Source: an uncultured bacterium (lineage in GTDB: Bacteria > Patescibacteriota > Minisyncoccia > Phycocordibacterales > Phycocordibacteraceae). Taken from it: DNA of 64,000 bases. The stretch covers positions 362,108-426,107 of the forward strand of contig CAMTYL010000003.1 in assembly GCA_947085985.1 (NCBI GenBank), given 5' to 3'. Position numbers and translations under genes: made by a program. Shown in pieces: positions 37,512 through 47,306 of this stretch; the first letter of the stretch is position 1, and each line of letters starts with the position of its first letter. The notes beneath the pieces are model-generated. The model was not told the DNA's origin and made no database searches. It saw only the letters and a program-made list of their open reading frames with translations.

Positions 37512-40500
37512 CTAGTCTAGGTCCTCCGCAAGACGTGCTTCTGGTGTGGATATCTGTGTATTAAGAAATGCTCGTGTACCTGGACCAAAGAGCCCCGTCC
37601 CCTTCGTGAGTCCAATTGGTTTCAAGATTGCTGTAGCATTTGCTTCCTGGTAGCGCTTAAGTGCCAGCTGTGTGCGGGTACCAAAATACTCAGTTTCGTT
37701 TCCAGGCGCTCCTGCTCCGGTGCTCGCTATAGTAAATCCGTGGGTGTTTAAGAATTGCTGCAGGCGTTTAACGTCTGCGTGCGTTTCACCGGCTCTAAGA
37801 GTTCGCTCAAATGAACCGCGGACCAGGAGCACTGGCTGCTGCGACACCTGCGCACTCACATTACTGAAAACGGACAGATGAGACCATCTTGCGACAAGTG
37901 CTGCCGCTTCTGCAAAGTTCCCCATACGCTTAAGCGCCTCTACGCGATCAACGATGCTTACCGAGTAACGTTTTGATGTTGAGGATACGTCCGCCGCGAC
38001 CACGGCTTCAGATTCAGCTTCAGTTTCGGCTTCGTCCCCAAAGATGGCAAAGTCCGAAAAGCTTGTTGTGGTACAGGTCACTGTTTTCGCGCCTGTATTC
38101 ACCGTACAACCAGAGAGTTCAGACCAGGCAGCACCGTCGTAGCGATGTATTTTGAGCGACGTCGCGTCGAGCCCAGAAACGTCGCTGTCACTGTAGGCGA
38201 GGGTTACCGTCACTGGCTCTTCAAATGTAGAAAGCGCAGTAGAGGTATCGGTATATGCGGAAAGATTGTAAACAGTAGTGCCCGCCCGACTCTTCCCACT
38301 TGGACCGGTGACGTTTGAAAAGAAGGTAGAGCCGTCTAGTTTCTTAGCTTGAAAGGATGCCTGCGAGGAACTAGCAGTAAACGATGCCGGTATCGTGAGG
38401 GTGAGCACATCCTGCGTGAGTGTGCCTCCAGACGCTACAGTTATATCGTCTTCATTATTAGCGGTGATGGTGGCACCTCCAGAACACCCAGCTGTCTTGA
38501 AGGTAGAAAGAGAGCTTGTCGCTATTTCATTGGATTCATTCTTACTCACGGTGTAGTACTTGTAGACTGCACACGGGCGCAAGCCAGAGAGATTGACTGA
38601 GTGACTGGTCACACGACTAGACGTGTTTGCTTCAGGCGTCGAAGACGCGAGACCGTTTGTAAATCCAAAGAACATCTTTGATGAGCCTTCAACAGGCGTG
38701 GCCCACGTGACGGTAGCAGCTGAAGTATTCGCTGAGGCCGCAACCCCCGAAGGAGCAGGCTGATTTGCAAGAGTCACCGTACGCGCGGTTGAGGTTGCGT
38801 AGTTATTAGCACTATCACGCGCAACCGCAATGACGGTTTTCGTGCCTGAGGTTGTTGCGGTGAGACTATTCCAAACAATTCCATACGGCGCACTTGTGTC
38901 CTCCGCTCCAACCAACACGTTATTTACGTAGAACTTCACTCCTGCCACTGCTATATTGTCTGATGCATCCGCGGTAATACCAATCGCACTCCCTCGAATC
39001 GTCACTCCGTTATCCGGCAGTGTGAGTACTACTGTTGGCGGAGTCGGGTCGCTTATGTACTCCATGGCACCAATATCAGGTGTGACGTCGCGTGCAGTAC
39101 GCGATTGATCGGCTGTCGGTACCTCAATAGTTACGAGCGCGGTAGTTGTCGCATTATTAATAGCAATACTGTCCGCAAGAAGCGTGAACGCCCCTATATC
39201 GGTATCAAATGTACTGTTTAGGTTGAGCCCTCCCGTCGGACTCGCACTTCCCACCTTCCGATAGACATCGTCTCCTGCTCCAGAACCTGCTTGGTCATAC
39301 CAGGTGTTGGTATTGAGACCGCTGGTGCTCGGGACCTTGCTAATGATGTTGTTGCCGGCGTCCGTGATACCGGAGACATCATACGCTCCCGAGACATCAC
39401 GCAAGTAGGTGCCTTGTTTTTTATTGTTGGCGACGATGGTGTTTTTGAGATGCACCGTTCCTCCTCCGGTACTCACGGCTGGTGTATATGAATTGTTTGA
39501 ACTGAGATGATTGTTTTCCACAATACTTGAGTTGAGTACATAGACCGTTCCTTCGCGCGCAAAGATACCTGAGCCACCGACAGTGGCTGAGCTGGATGTC
39601 TGAGTGTTATATGCAATGGTCGTGTTGATGAGCGTTGCACTTGTTGGGCGCGCAGATTGTGTGCCGGTGTGGCTATTATTGAGCCCGCCACCTTGTGAGT
39701 ATGTGTGATTGTAGAGAATCGCTGAATCGCGCAGGGTGAGCGTTCCTTTGTTGCTTATACCGCCACCCTGGCCGGATGTTGACACTTGCACATAGTTATC
39801 TCGAACATGCACCCGCTCAAGGGTGGTGGTGCCGTTGTTCAAAATACCGCCACCGTCAGACGACGCGCCGCTGGTGAGCCGACCGTGTCGGACCGTGAGG
39901 TCTTGAAGAGTCGTGCTTGCAATTGATGCAATGGTGAACACACTACGGTCTCCCGTGGTTGAGGCAGTCGCTGCCTGGATGATGGTTGAGGTGGCGCTTT
40001 GGCCTCGTATAGTAAAATTGAATCTGCTGATTGTATATCCAGAAGAAACCGCGTCGCCCGTTTCGTCTGTGTCCGTCCAGGTAAATGTGCCGTTAAGATG
40101 TATCGTGTCTCCGTCCAAAGATGCTGTGTAGGCTTTATTAAAAGTTTTGTACGGACTACCTGAAGAACCAGTACCGGTACTATCGTTACCAGTCGAGCTA
40201 TTGGCATAGAGAGTAGTGCCTGCATACGCACTACGCGTTATTGGATTGTTGGCGCCAGAAGTGGTTAGATATTTTTCCTCGGTTTCAATGCCATTGTACT
40301 CAACGACATGCACACGGTAGTTCTTAGCGTAATCTAATCCGGAAATAGCAACACTCGACCCTCTACCTTTGTACACCGCATACCACCCACTTGACCCTAT
40401 CTGATCTCCACCTCTAAAGGTGGTGCTTGCAGTATAGGTAGTGTTATCGACCGGAGCAGCCTGTCCACTCGTAGCATCCTCTTTTACAAAGACTAGACGA

Positions 40501-41831
40501 CGTTCTCCATCTCCGTTTGTCCAGGAAAGGTTCATGTTCCTGTCCGCTACTGTTCCCGCAATTAGCTCACTTCCGGTAGTCGCTGGCGCGGCATTGTTGG
40601 CTGCGTAAAATTCATACGCACCTATGTCTGCCAAGCCCGATCTCGCCTGAATTGCCTGGTCTGTGGAGGGCACGTCAAGAGTTGAGAGCGCGGTGGTGGT
40701 GCTGTTATTAACGGCTATGCTCGTTCCTCCTATGCGAAGATACCCACCGCTTTGTAATACATCGTCCAAAAAAAGTCCTCCTGTGGGGCTCGCACTTCCC
40801 ACCTTTCGATAGACATTGTCTCCTAGTCCAGAACCTGCTTGGTCATACCAGGTGTTTGTGTTGAGGCCGCTCGTGCTTGATATCAAGCTGATGATGTTGT
40901 TTCCGCCATCAGTTATGCCAGACACTTCATAGGCTCCCGAGACATCACGCAAGTAGGTGCCTTGTTTTTTGTTGTTGGCGACAATGGTGTTTTTGAGATG
41001 TACGGTGCCGCCGCCGGTACTCACGGCTGGCGTGTATGAATTATTTGAACTGAGGTGGTTATTCTCCACAATACTTGAGTTGAGTACGTAGACTGTTCCT
41101 TCGCGCGCAAAGATACCTGAGCCACCGACAGTGGCGGATGAGGCCGACTGGGTATTGTATGCAATGGTCGTGTTGACGACATACATCACCGTTGGACGGC
41201 TTCCTTGTGTACCAGTGTGGCTATTATTGAGCCCGCCACCTTGTGAAATCGCATGGTTGTAGAGAATCGCGGAATCTCGTAGAGTGAGCGTTCCTTTGTT
41301 GCTGATACCGCCACCAGTACCGCTGCTTGAAACCTGCGCATAGTTTTCACGGACATGCGCACGCTCGAGGGTGGTGGTGCCGTTGTTCAACATACCGCCA
41401 CCGTCAGACGAACCGCTGGTGAGCCGTCCGTGCCTGATGGTGAGGTCTTGAATTGTGGTCGATGCCGTAGCGTCGATGGTGAACACTCGACGGTCACCCG
41501 TGGTTGAGGCAGTCGCTGCCTGGATGATGGTTGAGGTGGCGCCTTGGCCTCGTATGACGATGTCCTTAGCGAGGGTGTAGCCAGTAGAAGAGCTGTCTCC
41601 TGTCTCGTCGGCACTGCTCCAATCAAAGGTACCCGCAAGATCGATGGTGTCGCCCGCGGTCGCTTCTGTGTATGCCTTATGAAAGGTTTTGTAAGGGTTG
41701 CCTGAGGTTCCATCTCCCGTCGTATCGTTGCCCGTGGAGCTATTGGCGTACCAGGTAGCAGCAAACGCTTCGCTTGCACCAAGCGAAAAGAATAGCGCCA
41801 CCAATACCAGAAACCGTATGCCCCGTACCAT
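37512..41831 (-). CDS. Large secreted surface protein: two tandem beta-helix modules, Ig/Fn3-like domains, C-terminal peptidoglycan-binding domain
   Basis: Signal peptide; duplicated YANSSTGND...PYKTF.KAY...DIGA(Y/M)E unit; VAGVKFYVN Ig-like domain; DVKRLQQFLN..G...YFG.RT..AL.RYQ PG-binding motif. Confidence 0.85.
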   Translation of the reverse strand: MVRGIRFLVLVALFFSLGASEAFAATWYANSSTGNDTTGDGTSGNPYKTFHKAYTEATAGDTIDLAGTFDWSSADETGDSSSTGYTLAKDIVIRGQGATSTIIQAATASTTGDRRVFTIDATASTTIQDLTIRHGRLTSGSSDGGGMLNNGTTTLERAHVRENYAQVSSSGTGGGISNKGTLTLRDSAILYNHAISQGGGLNNSHTGTQGSRPTVMYVVNTTIAYNTQSASSATVGGSGIFAREGTVYVLNSSIVENNHLSSNNSYTPAVSTGGGTVHLKNTIVANNKKQGTYLRDVSGAYEVSGITDGGNNIISLISSTSGLNTNTWYDQAGSGLGDNVYRKVGSASPTGGLFLDDVLQSGGYLRIGGTSIAVNNSTTTALSTLDVPSTDQAIQARSGLADIGAYEFYAANNAAPATTGSELIAGTVADRNMNLSWTNGDGERRLVFVKEDATSGQAAPVDNTTYTASTTFRGGDQIGSSGWYAVYKGRGSSVAISGLDYAKNYRVHVVEYNGIETEEKYLTTSGANNPITRSAYAGTTLYANSSTGNDSTGTGSSGSPYKTFNKAYTASLDGDTIHLNGTFTWTDTDETGDAVSSGYTISRFNFTIRGQSATSTIIQAATASTTGDRSVFTIASIASTTLQDLTVRHGRLTSGASSDGGGILNNGTTTLERVHVRDNYVQVSTSGQGGGISNKGTLTLRDSAILYNHTYSQGGGLNNSHTGTQSARPTSATLINTTIAYNTQTSSSATVGGSGIFAREGTVYVLNSSIVENNHLSSNNSYTPAVSTGGGTVHLKNTIVANNKKQGTYLRDVSGAYDVSGITDAGNNIISKVPSTSGLNTNTWYDQAGSGAGDDVYRKVGSASPTGGLNLNSTFDTDIGAFTLLADSIAINNATTTALVTIEVPTADQSRTARDVTPDIGAMEYISDPTPPTVVLTLPDNGVTIRGSAIGITADASDNIAVAGVKFYVNNVLVGAEDTSAPYGIVWNSLTATTSGTKTVIAVARDSANNYATSTARTVTLANQPAPSGVAASANTSAATVTWATPVEGSSKMFFGFTNGLASSTPEANTSSRVTSHSVNLSGLRPCAVYKYYTVSKNESNEIATSSLSTFKTAGCSGGATITANNEDDITVASGGTLTQDVLTLTIPASFTASSSQASFQAKKLDGSTFFSNVTGPSGKSRAGTTVYNLSAYTDTSTALSTFEEPVTVTLAYSDSDVSGLDATSLKIHRYDGAAWSELSGCTVNTGAKTVTCTTTSFSDFAIFGDEAETEAESEAVVAADVSSTSKRYSVSIVDRVEALKRMGNFAEAAALVARWSHLSVFSNVSAQVSQQPVLLVRGSFERTLRAGETHADVKRLQQFLNTHGFTIASTGAGAPGNETEYFGTRTQLALKRYQEANATAILKPIGLTKGTGLFGPGTRAFLNTQISTPEARLAEDLD

Positions 41832-41892
41832 TACAGGAATTCTAGCACGTGTACAATCGGTGCTATACTTTGGCCGTACAACCGAATACGCA

Positions 41893-41986
41893 GTATCAAG
41901 AGTGCAGCGAGGGAATCAGCCCTACGACCTGCCAGCAACCAGTCGCGCGCGACAACGGTGCTTCTGAACCCGCAAGGGAACGATGC
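41893..41986 (+). promoter_or_regulatory. SAM-I clan riboswitch
   Basis: GTATCAAGAG...GAGGGA...GCCC...CAGCAACC...GGTGCT...GATGC with P1 GTATC/GATGC, upstream of metK. Confidence 0.85.
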
Positions 41987-42065
41987 CTTTTACGAACGCA
42001 TCTTCCTGCACGGAAGATGCTTTCGTTTGGTACTCATTTACCATGTGCACCTAACCAAGGGCGTT

Positions 42066-42170
42066 CAAAAATTTGATAGATGCGCGACGGGCGCGAGGAG
42101 TGATGTGAGCCGTATGAGCTATACGGTGAACGAGCCCCGGAGCGCACAACAAAGCAGCTGCGAATTTTTG
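42066..42170. repeat. Palindromic element between the riboswitch and metK (family shared with 16153-16277)
   Basis: CAAAAATT...AATTTTTG ends; central GAGCCGTA-TGAGCTA-TACGGTGA. Confidence 0.6.
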
Positions 42171-42186
42171 GCCGCACTTCTACCCT

Positions 42187-43239
42187 ATGTTCCATTTGTT
42201 AACGAGATATACAACGGAGAGTGTTACTGCAGGTCACCCCGACAAAGTCTGCGACCAGATGTCAGACGCAATACTTGATGCGTGTCTTGCACAAGACTCA
42301 AAGAGTCGCGTGGCAGTAGAGACGTTCGGCAGTCACGGCACACTTATGATTGGGGGAGAAGTGACCACGAATGCTGACGTTGATTACGAAGCTATTGCCC
42401 GCAAGGTGTACGCCGATATTGGGTACACTGATCCGCTTGAAGTGTTTGAGCGTGTAGTGACACAATCGGGCGATATCGCGCAGGGCGTAGACACCGGAGG
42501 GGCTGGCGACCAGGGCATTATGTACGGCTATGCCACCGACGAGACTCCAGAGTTCCTTCCACTTGGTGTCGTACTCGCGCATGCCCTCGCACGTCGTCTA
42601 GAAGAACTTCGCACCAGCGGCACCCTTCCCTACTTGCGCCCCGACGGCAAGACACAGGTGACTATCAGTGATGGCAAGGTAGTGACCGCGCTCACCTCTA
42701 CCCAACACGCAGAAGACGTGGAGCAGGACACTATTCGCAAAGACTTGATTGAGCATTTATTCGTTCCGATTCTAGGCGATGTATCAAACATTGAGATTCT
42801 GGTGAACCCAACAGGACGCTTTGTTGCGGGCGGATTCAGTGCAGACGCAGGACTCACCGGTCGCAAGATTATGGTGGACACCTATGGCGGACTGATGCCG
42901 CACGGCGGGGGTGCCTTCTCCGGAAAAGACGCAACAAAAGTGGATCGCTCGGCCGCATACATGTGTCGCCTGGTAGCAAAGAGTCTGGTAGCAAATGGGT
43001 ATGCCAAGAAGGCACTGGTGTCTGTAGCCTATGCTATCGGCCGAGTAGAGCCTGTGATGGTGGAAGCGTACAGCGAAGACGGGACCAACCTCTCAGACAT
43101 TGTGAACAAGAATTTTGACTTCCGTCCCTTTGCTATTCGCGAACGCCTCGGGCTTACCCGCCCCATCTTCCGTGAGACTGCGGCCTATGGACACTTTGGT
43201 GTCGCGGGGCGCCCATGGGAAGAGATAGTGAAGATATAA
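42187..43239 (+). CDS. metK: S-adenosylmethionine synthetase
   Basis: ESVTAGHPDK, GAGDQG, GLTGRKI.VDTYGG and GGGAFSGKD.TKVDRS motifs. Confidence 0.98.
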   Translation: MFHLLTRYTTESVTAGHPDKVCDQMSDAILDACLAQDSKSRVAVETFGSHGTLMIGGEVTTNADVDYEAIARKVYADIGYTDPLEVFERVVTQSGDIAQGVDTGGAGDQGIMYGYATDETPEFLPLGVVLAHALARRLEELRTSGTLPYLRPDGKTQVTISDGKVVTALTSTQHAEDVEQDTIRKDLIEHLFVPILGDVSNIEILVNPTGRFVAGGFSADAGLTGRKIMVDTYGGLMPHGGGAFSGKDATKVDRSAAYMCRLVAKSLVANGYAKKALVSVAYAIGRVEPVMVEAYSEDGTNLSDIVNKNFDFRPFAIRERLGLTRPIFRETAAYGHFGVAGRPWEEIVKI

Positions 43240-43282
43240 CAAGAAACATAATCATAGAAAGAGGCGCCATTGGCGCCTCTTT

Positions 43283-43954
43283 CTATTTTATTTCAACGAG
43301 AATCTCGTGGCGCGACAGCCAAGGCGGCGTACCTGGAGCGTTGTACCCAGCGTATGAAGGAGTACCCAGAACCACTTCACCATCGCGTTCAAGTAGCCCA
43401 AGAAGTTCTACCTTCATTGTTTCAATGCCCGACGTGCTTCTGTATCCACTATAGCGGAGCGCCGCAATCTTTCTCTCAGGAACTGCCACAAGCTGCACTC
43501 GCGCATCGTTTGGGGTAGGCAGCTTCTCAAGCGTGTATGAACGAGGCATGACAAAGGATACGACATACGCGCCAGCATTTTCAGTAGCAACAACCGGTGC
43601 GGTCATGGGAATTTTTTCAGACGCAACCTTAGTACGTACCACTGGTGCGGTCATGGCGATTCTCTCCGACGATGCTTCAACACTTCCAACGGGTGCTGTC
43701 ATAGCAATAGAAGTCTTGCTCGTGTTTCCACCAAAAATGTATCCTGCGATAATGGTGAACCCTTCACCCATAGCCTTATCGCTTGCACCGGAAACTACAG
43801 TTTGCGCTTCAATGTGCGGCGCATAACTACGCACTTCATATCCTCGCTTCTTGGATAGAACAGTGTAGGAAGCCTGTTCAACGCGCGAGGCCAAAAGCCC
43901 CCAAAGCGACCACACCACAAAAACTCCGACAACAACGAGGAAGAGTATTTTCAT
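43283..43954 (-). CDS. SOUL heme-binding family protein
   Basis: YEVR.Y, F..IAGYIFGGN, three I(A/P)MTAPV units, F.MP, YN.P.TP motifs. Confidence 0.9.
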   Translation of the reverse strand: MKILFLVVVGVFVVWSLWGLLASRVEQASYTVLSKKRGYEVRSYAPHIEAQTVVSGASDKAMGEGFTIIAGYIFGGNTSKTSIAMTAPVGSVEASSERIAMTAPVVRTKVASEKIPMTAPVVATENAGAYVVSFVMPRSYTLEKLPTPNDARVQLVAVPERKIAALRYSGYRSTSGIETMKVELLGLLERDGEVVLGTPSYAGYNAPGTPPWLSRHEILVEIK

Positions 43955-44027
43955 AGGTATAGTCTACTCCTATTTGTACAGAAAAGGGCGCCACCTCCCC
44001 ACGGAGGTAGCGCCCTTTTCGCAACCA

Positions 44028-44573
44028 CTACTTCTTGGCAGTCTTCTTCGCTACTACCTTCTTTACTGCAGCCGCCTTCTTTGGCTTTTCTTCTACGGCA
44101 GCAGAGGAAGAAAGAATAGCTGAGTACGCGGTGTTAGAAAGCTGATCCGAGAGCGCTTCAAGCTTCGCGTTCACGCTCTGCAATTCTTTTAGGATTGCAT
44201 CAATCCGGAAGTCGGGCGCAGCTGTGCGAACAGGTGCACGGTCACTTCCGTAGGAAGGTCGGTCGTTACCGAAACTCTTCTTCTGGAACGAGTCGCGCGG
44301 AGCGCCCGCTCCACCTCGAGGCGAGCGCTCGTCGTCACGTACAAAGCAGTCCTTACAGTAGACCGGCTTCATGCCGTTTGGGCGGAATGGTACCTCGCAC
44401 GCGTTCTGACACTTTGCGCAGGAAGTCTTGTAGAGCTCTTTTGGAGCGTCAAATCCGCGACTGTCCTGGCGGCGAGAGCCAGCACGGTCACCAAAGCTCG
44501 GGCGTGAGCCTCCTCCACGAGAAAAACCGCCTGGAGGACCACCTTTTGTAAACTTCTTCTTGAATTCAGACAT
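44028..44573 (-). CDS. CxxC-x17-CxxC domain protein
   Basis: CAKC...CEVPFRP....PVYCKDC with RG-rich flanks and a Lys/Ala-rich tail. Confidence 0.88.
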   Translation of the reverse strand: MSEFKKKFTKGGPPGGFSRGGGSRPSFGDRAGSRRQDSRGFDAPKELYKTSCAKCQNACEVPFRPNGMKPVYCKDCFVRDDERSPRGGAGAPRDSFQKKSFGNDRPSYGSDRAPVRTAAPDFRIDAILKELQSVNAKLEALSDQLSNTAYSAILSSSAAVEEKPKKAAAVKKVVAKKTAKK

Positions 44574-44672
44574 AGGTATGTAGTGAGATTTAGTATATTA
44601 ATTATATCATACTGTACTAAAAAAGCAACATCTCGTGAGAGATGTTGCTTTTTGCTCCGCGCGCTTTGGAAA

Positions 44673-45236
44673 CTAGTACTCAACCGTAATCGGGAAGGAC
44701 ACGGACGCATCATGCTCGGGAAGACCTGACGGGTTGTCCTTTCTGAGCACAAGTGTCGCAGGCCCCATATATGTGCTTGGCGCTTTAATCTCTGCTCTAA
44801 ATGGCACAAAGTTTTCTGTCATCCAGTCCCCTTCTGCCTGCGCAATGCCTGTAGCTATCACCTTTCCTGACGGATCAATGAGTACTACCGGGAGCGATGC
44901 CTCAAAGTACCAGGTACCGCGCGCCTTTCCTATTACACTAAACTCCTTGCCGGTGACTGCTCCAGGAAATGGGAAATCCACCACAATGCTGTCTGCAGTT
45001 GCCGCAGTGTAGGTTGGCTCCAGCGCAATCTCTTCTGCGTAGGTGCGACCGTCGTCAGTTCTACACTGTCGCGGATTGCTCTCCATGATTGGATTACCTG
45101 CACTTACGCAGTCTTCAAAGGAGCGGATTTCGCTGTTAATTGAGGTGGGTGCCGGCTGGTCTCGTGTGACGAACCACAATCCAAACCCAACCAGCAAGAG
45201 AACAGCGACGGCGATAAGTATTGTTTTTAAGTCCAT
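44673..45236 (-). CDS. Membrane-anchored protein with Gmad2-like Ig domain
   Basis: SFEDCV.AGNPIMES.PRQC repeat plus G.ARG.WYFEA.LP...WMT..FVPF...KDNPSG. Confidence 0.8.
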   Translation of the reverse strand: MDLKTILIAVAVLLLVGFGLWFVTRDQPAPTSINSEIRSFEDCVSAGNPIMESNPRQCRTDDGRTYAEEIALEPTYTAATADSIVVDFPFPGAVTGKEFSVIGKARGTWYFEASLPVVLIDPSGKVIATGIAQAEGDWMTENFVPFRAEIKAPSTYMGPATLVLRKDNPSGLPEHDASVSFPITVEY

Positions 45237-45255
45237 AGTACTAGTCTAGATAGTC

Positions 45256-45579
45256 TTAATTTCGCAAATCAATGACAGTGGCGGCAGTGTCCGGGCTTGC
45301 CTGCACGCGCTCTGCCTGTCGGTACGATTCTACCTCAGATACCAAATTCTTGTTGTTTTTTTCAAGAATGCGAACTCTAAAATAGCTTGCCATCGCCGAA
45401 GGAATGGACGCAAACACGCTCATAAGTATGCCCACCCCGACCGAAACAAGTACAAGCAATGCGAGCGTGCTTTGAAACTGCCAGCCCATAAATACAAGCG
45501 ACACAACCTCTGTGTTTTGCAGCGCAAAGAGTAATGCAGCGGCTCCGAGAATAAACCCAATGAGTAGTGAAAGTATCAT
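45256..45579 (-). CDS. LapA (DUF1049) family protein
   Basis: FALQN...V.L.F..W motif with two TMs and a coiled tail. Confidence 0.85.
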   Translation of the reverse strand: MILSLLIGFILGAAALLFALQNTEVVSLVFMGWQFQSTLALLVLVSVGVGILMSVFASIPSAMASYFRVRILEKNNKNLVSEVESYRQAERVQASPDTAATVIDLRN

Positions 45580-45703
45580 GATTATAAGTATACGCTGTGG
45601 AAACAAGCTCTAAGGCTGGTTCACTAGAGTAGCCGTGTAAGGAGTGCGATCCTTACCACCAGTAGTGAGGGGCGGCTGAAACCCTAAGGCTCCAGGGCAA
45701 GTT

Positions 45704-45916
45704 ATGAGTAGTATGCTAGAGAAACTATTTCTGCGCTCCTTTATTGTCTGCTTGATTAGCTGCGCCAGCCTCGTTCTATCCTTTATCTGGGGAGGAGACC
45801 CCGACGACCTGTACGCGCACATTGCGGCCTCACTTTTTATAATTGGCCTTGGATCATTCCTCTTTTGGTTTGTCTCATTCTTCTACAATCTGAAAAAGCA
45901 GCTCTATCCTGTTTAA
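45704..45916 (+). CDS. Small two-TM hypothetical protein
   Basis: Two hydrophobic segments in a 70-aa ORF. Confidence 0.55.
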   Translation: MSSMLEKLFLRSFIVCLISCASLVLSFIWGGDPDDLYAHIAASLFIIGLGSFLFWFVSFFYNLKKQLYPV

Positions 45917-45977
45917 TAGGAGGCGAATCATTTGTTGCTCTGATATCTGACTACATCGTGGTATACCGTACGTAAGT

Positions 45978-46619
45978 ATGTTCACTGCACTTGAGACTGC
46001 ACTCCTATCATTTGCGCACTCGATGCCGCTTCCCCTTTTTGCATTTGTGGCGTCATTTGTGGAGGAGGTTATTGCACCAATACCGTCAGGTGCGGTACTC
46101 CTACTCATCGGCTCCCTTGCACAGCTTCAATCATATACAGTCCCTGCGCTTATAGTTCTGGCTCTAGTCGCTACATTTGGAAAGCTCTTCGGAGCGCTCC
46201 TCATATATGTAATTGCAGACAAAGCAGAAGATGTGGTTATGGCGCGATTCTCACACTTCCTCAGTATCAAGCATGAGGATTTGGAGAAATTTGGAGAACG
46301 GTTTGGAAATGGGTGGAAGGATTACCTGTTACTTACCCTCCTGCGTGCCCTGCCCATTGTTCCAAGCGCCGTTGTCTCCGCGGGTGCGGGTGTCCTACGT
46401 ATTCCCATGCGGTTGTTCATTTTTGCCACAGTCGTTGGTTCGTTTGTGCGGGACAGTATTTTCATTGGCATTGGATACGGCGGTTTTGTGACCGCAGCAC
46501 TTCTGCTGGACAACCTCTCAGGATACGAGTCGGCACTGCAAATTGGAGTCAGTATTGGTCTCGGCCTTGCCCTAGTCACCTATATATACTTGCGCAAGCG
46601 AAGGACGAAGCGCATCTAG
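45978..46619 (+). CDS. DedA/VTT domain membrane protein
   Basis: EEVIAPIPS and R.LPIVP..VVS.GAG..R motifs. Confidence 0.88.
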   Translation: MFTALETALLSFAHSMPLPLFAFVASFVEEVIAPIPSGAVLLLIGSLAQLQSYTVPALIVLALVATFGKLFGALLIYVIADKAEDVVMARFSHFLSIKHEDLEKFGERFGNGWKDYLLLTLLRALPIVPSAVVSAGAGVLRIPMRLFIFATVVGSFVRDSIFIGIGYGGFVTAALLLDNLSGYESALQIGVSIGLGLALVTYIYLRKRRTKRI

Positions 46620-46621
46620 CA

Positions 46622-47248
46622 CTATTGAGCTTGTGCGAGACACTGCTTCAGTTCCGCCGACTCTGTCCAGCCGCAGGCGCCCGTTGACTGGCGCTCACAA
46701 GTCGCCGTTTTATAGCAGCCGTACGCTTCGCGGTATTCACAAGTAGACATTATGTCGGGATTGTCGGTACACAGCTGACTGGAGCAACCACCCACAAAGC
46801 ACTTCCCTTCGGTCTTTGGTGGCACAGCAACGACGGGTTCTTCTTGCGCTGGCAGCATCGTCTCAATCTGAACCTCACCCGCTATGCTGAAGATTCCCGA
46901 GACTTGGTACTTCTGCCAATAATCACTACTAAGCAGCTCAATCGGTGTGATAGTTCCAGAAGCGATGAATCGCTTTCCGTCCTGTACGTTCTGCACACCA
47001 ACAGCAGCCTCCGTATCTAGGGCGTAATACTCACCACTGTCTGTCTTCATACCGATAGCACACTCCAGAGTTTGTGGTCCCGTAGTGTCCTTGTGAGGCA
47101 AGCACACCTTCTCACCTGAAAGCGTGCCGAAGTATGACTCCACCACAGGGCCTTGCTGCTTCTCGTTATAAATGTAGGAATTGAAGGCAAAAAATAAGCC
47201 GGTAAGAATAAGTGCCACACCAGCAACGATTATGAGGGTTCTGTTCAT
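46622..47248 (-). CDS. Membrane-anchored protein with C-terminal cysteine-cluster domain
   Basis: CLPHK...TLECAIG and CFVGGCSSQLC...STCEY...CY..A.CE....G.CGW; start at ATG 47248. Confidence 0.78.
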   Translation of the reverse strand: MNRTLIIVAGVALILTGLFFAFNSYIYNEKQQGPVVESYFGTLSGEKVCLPHKDTTGPQTLECAIGMKTDSGEYYALDTEAAVGVQNVQDGKRFIASGTITPIELLSSDYWQKYQVSGIFSIAGEVQIETMLPAQEEPVVAVPPKTEGKCFVGGCSSQLCTDNPDIMSTCEYREAYGCYKTATCERQSTGACGWTESAELKQCLAQAQ

Positions 47249-47306
47249 ACCTATAAGTGTATCAAATCTGGCCCCCACGCTTAAAACGCCACTGGCATGA
47301 GAGTCA

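Noticed and set aside
43570-43710. Three I(A/P)MTAPV repeats as a possible VR/TR set
   Set aside because: This repeat is typical of SOUL-family proteins and the differences are not adenine-specific.
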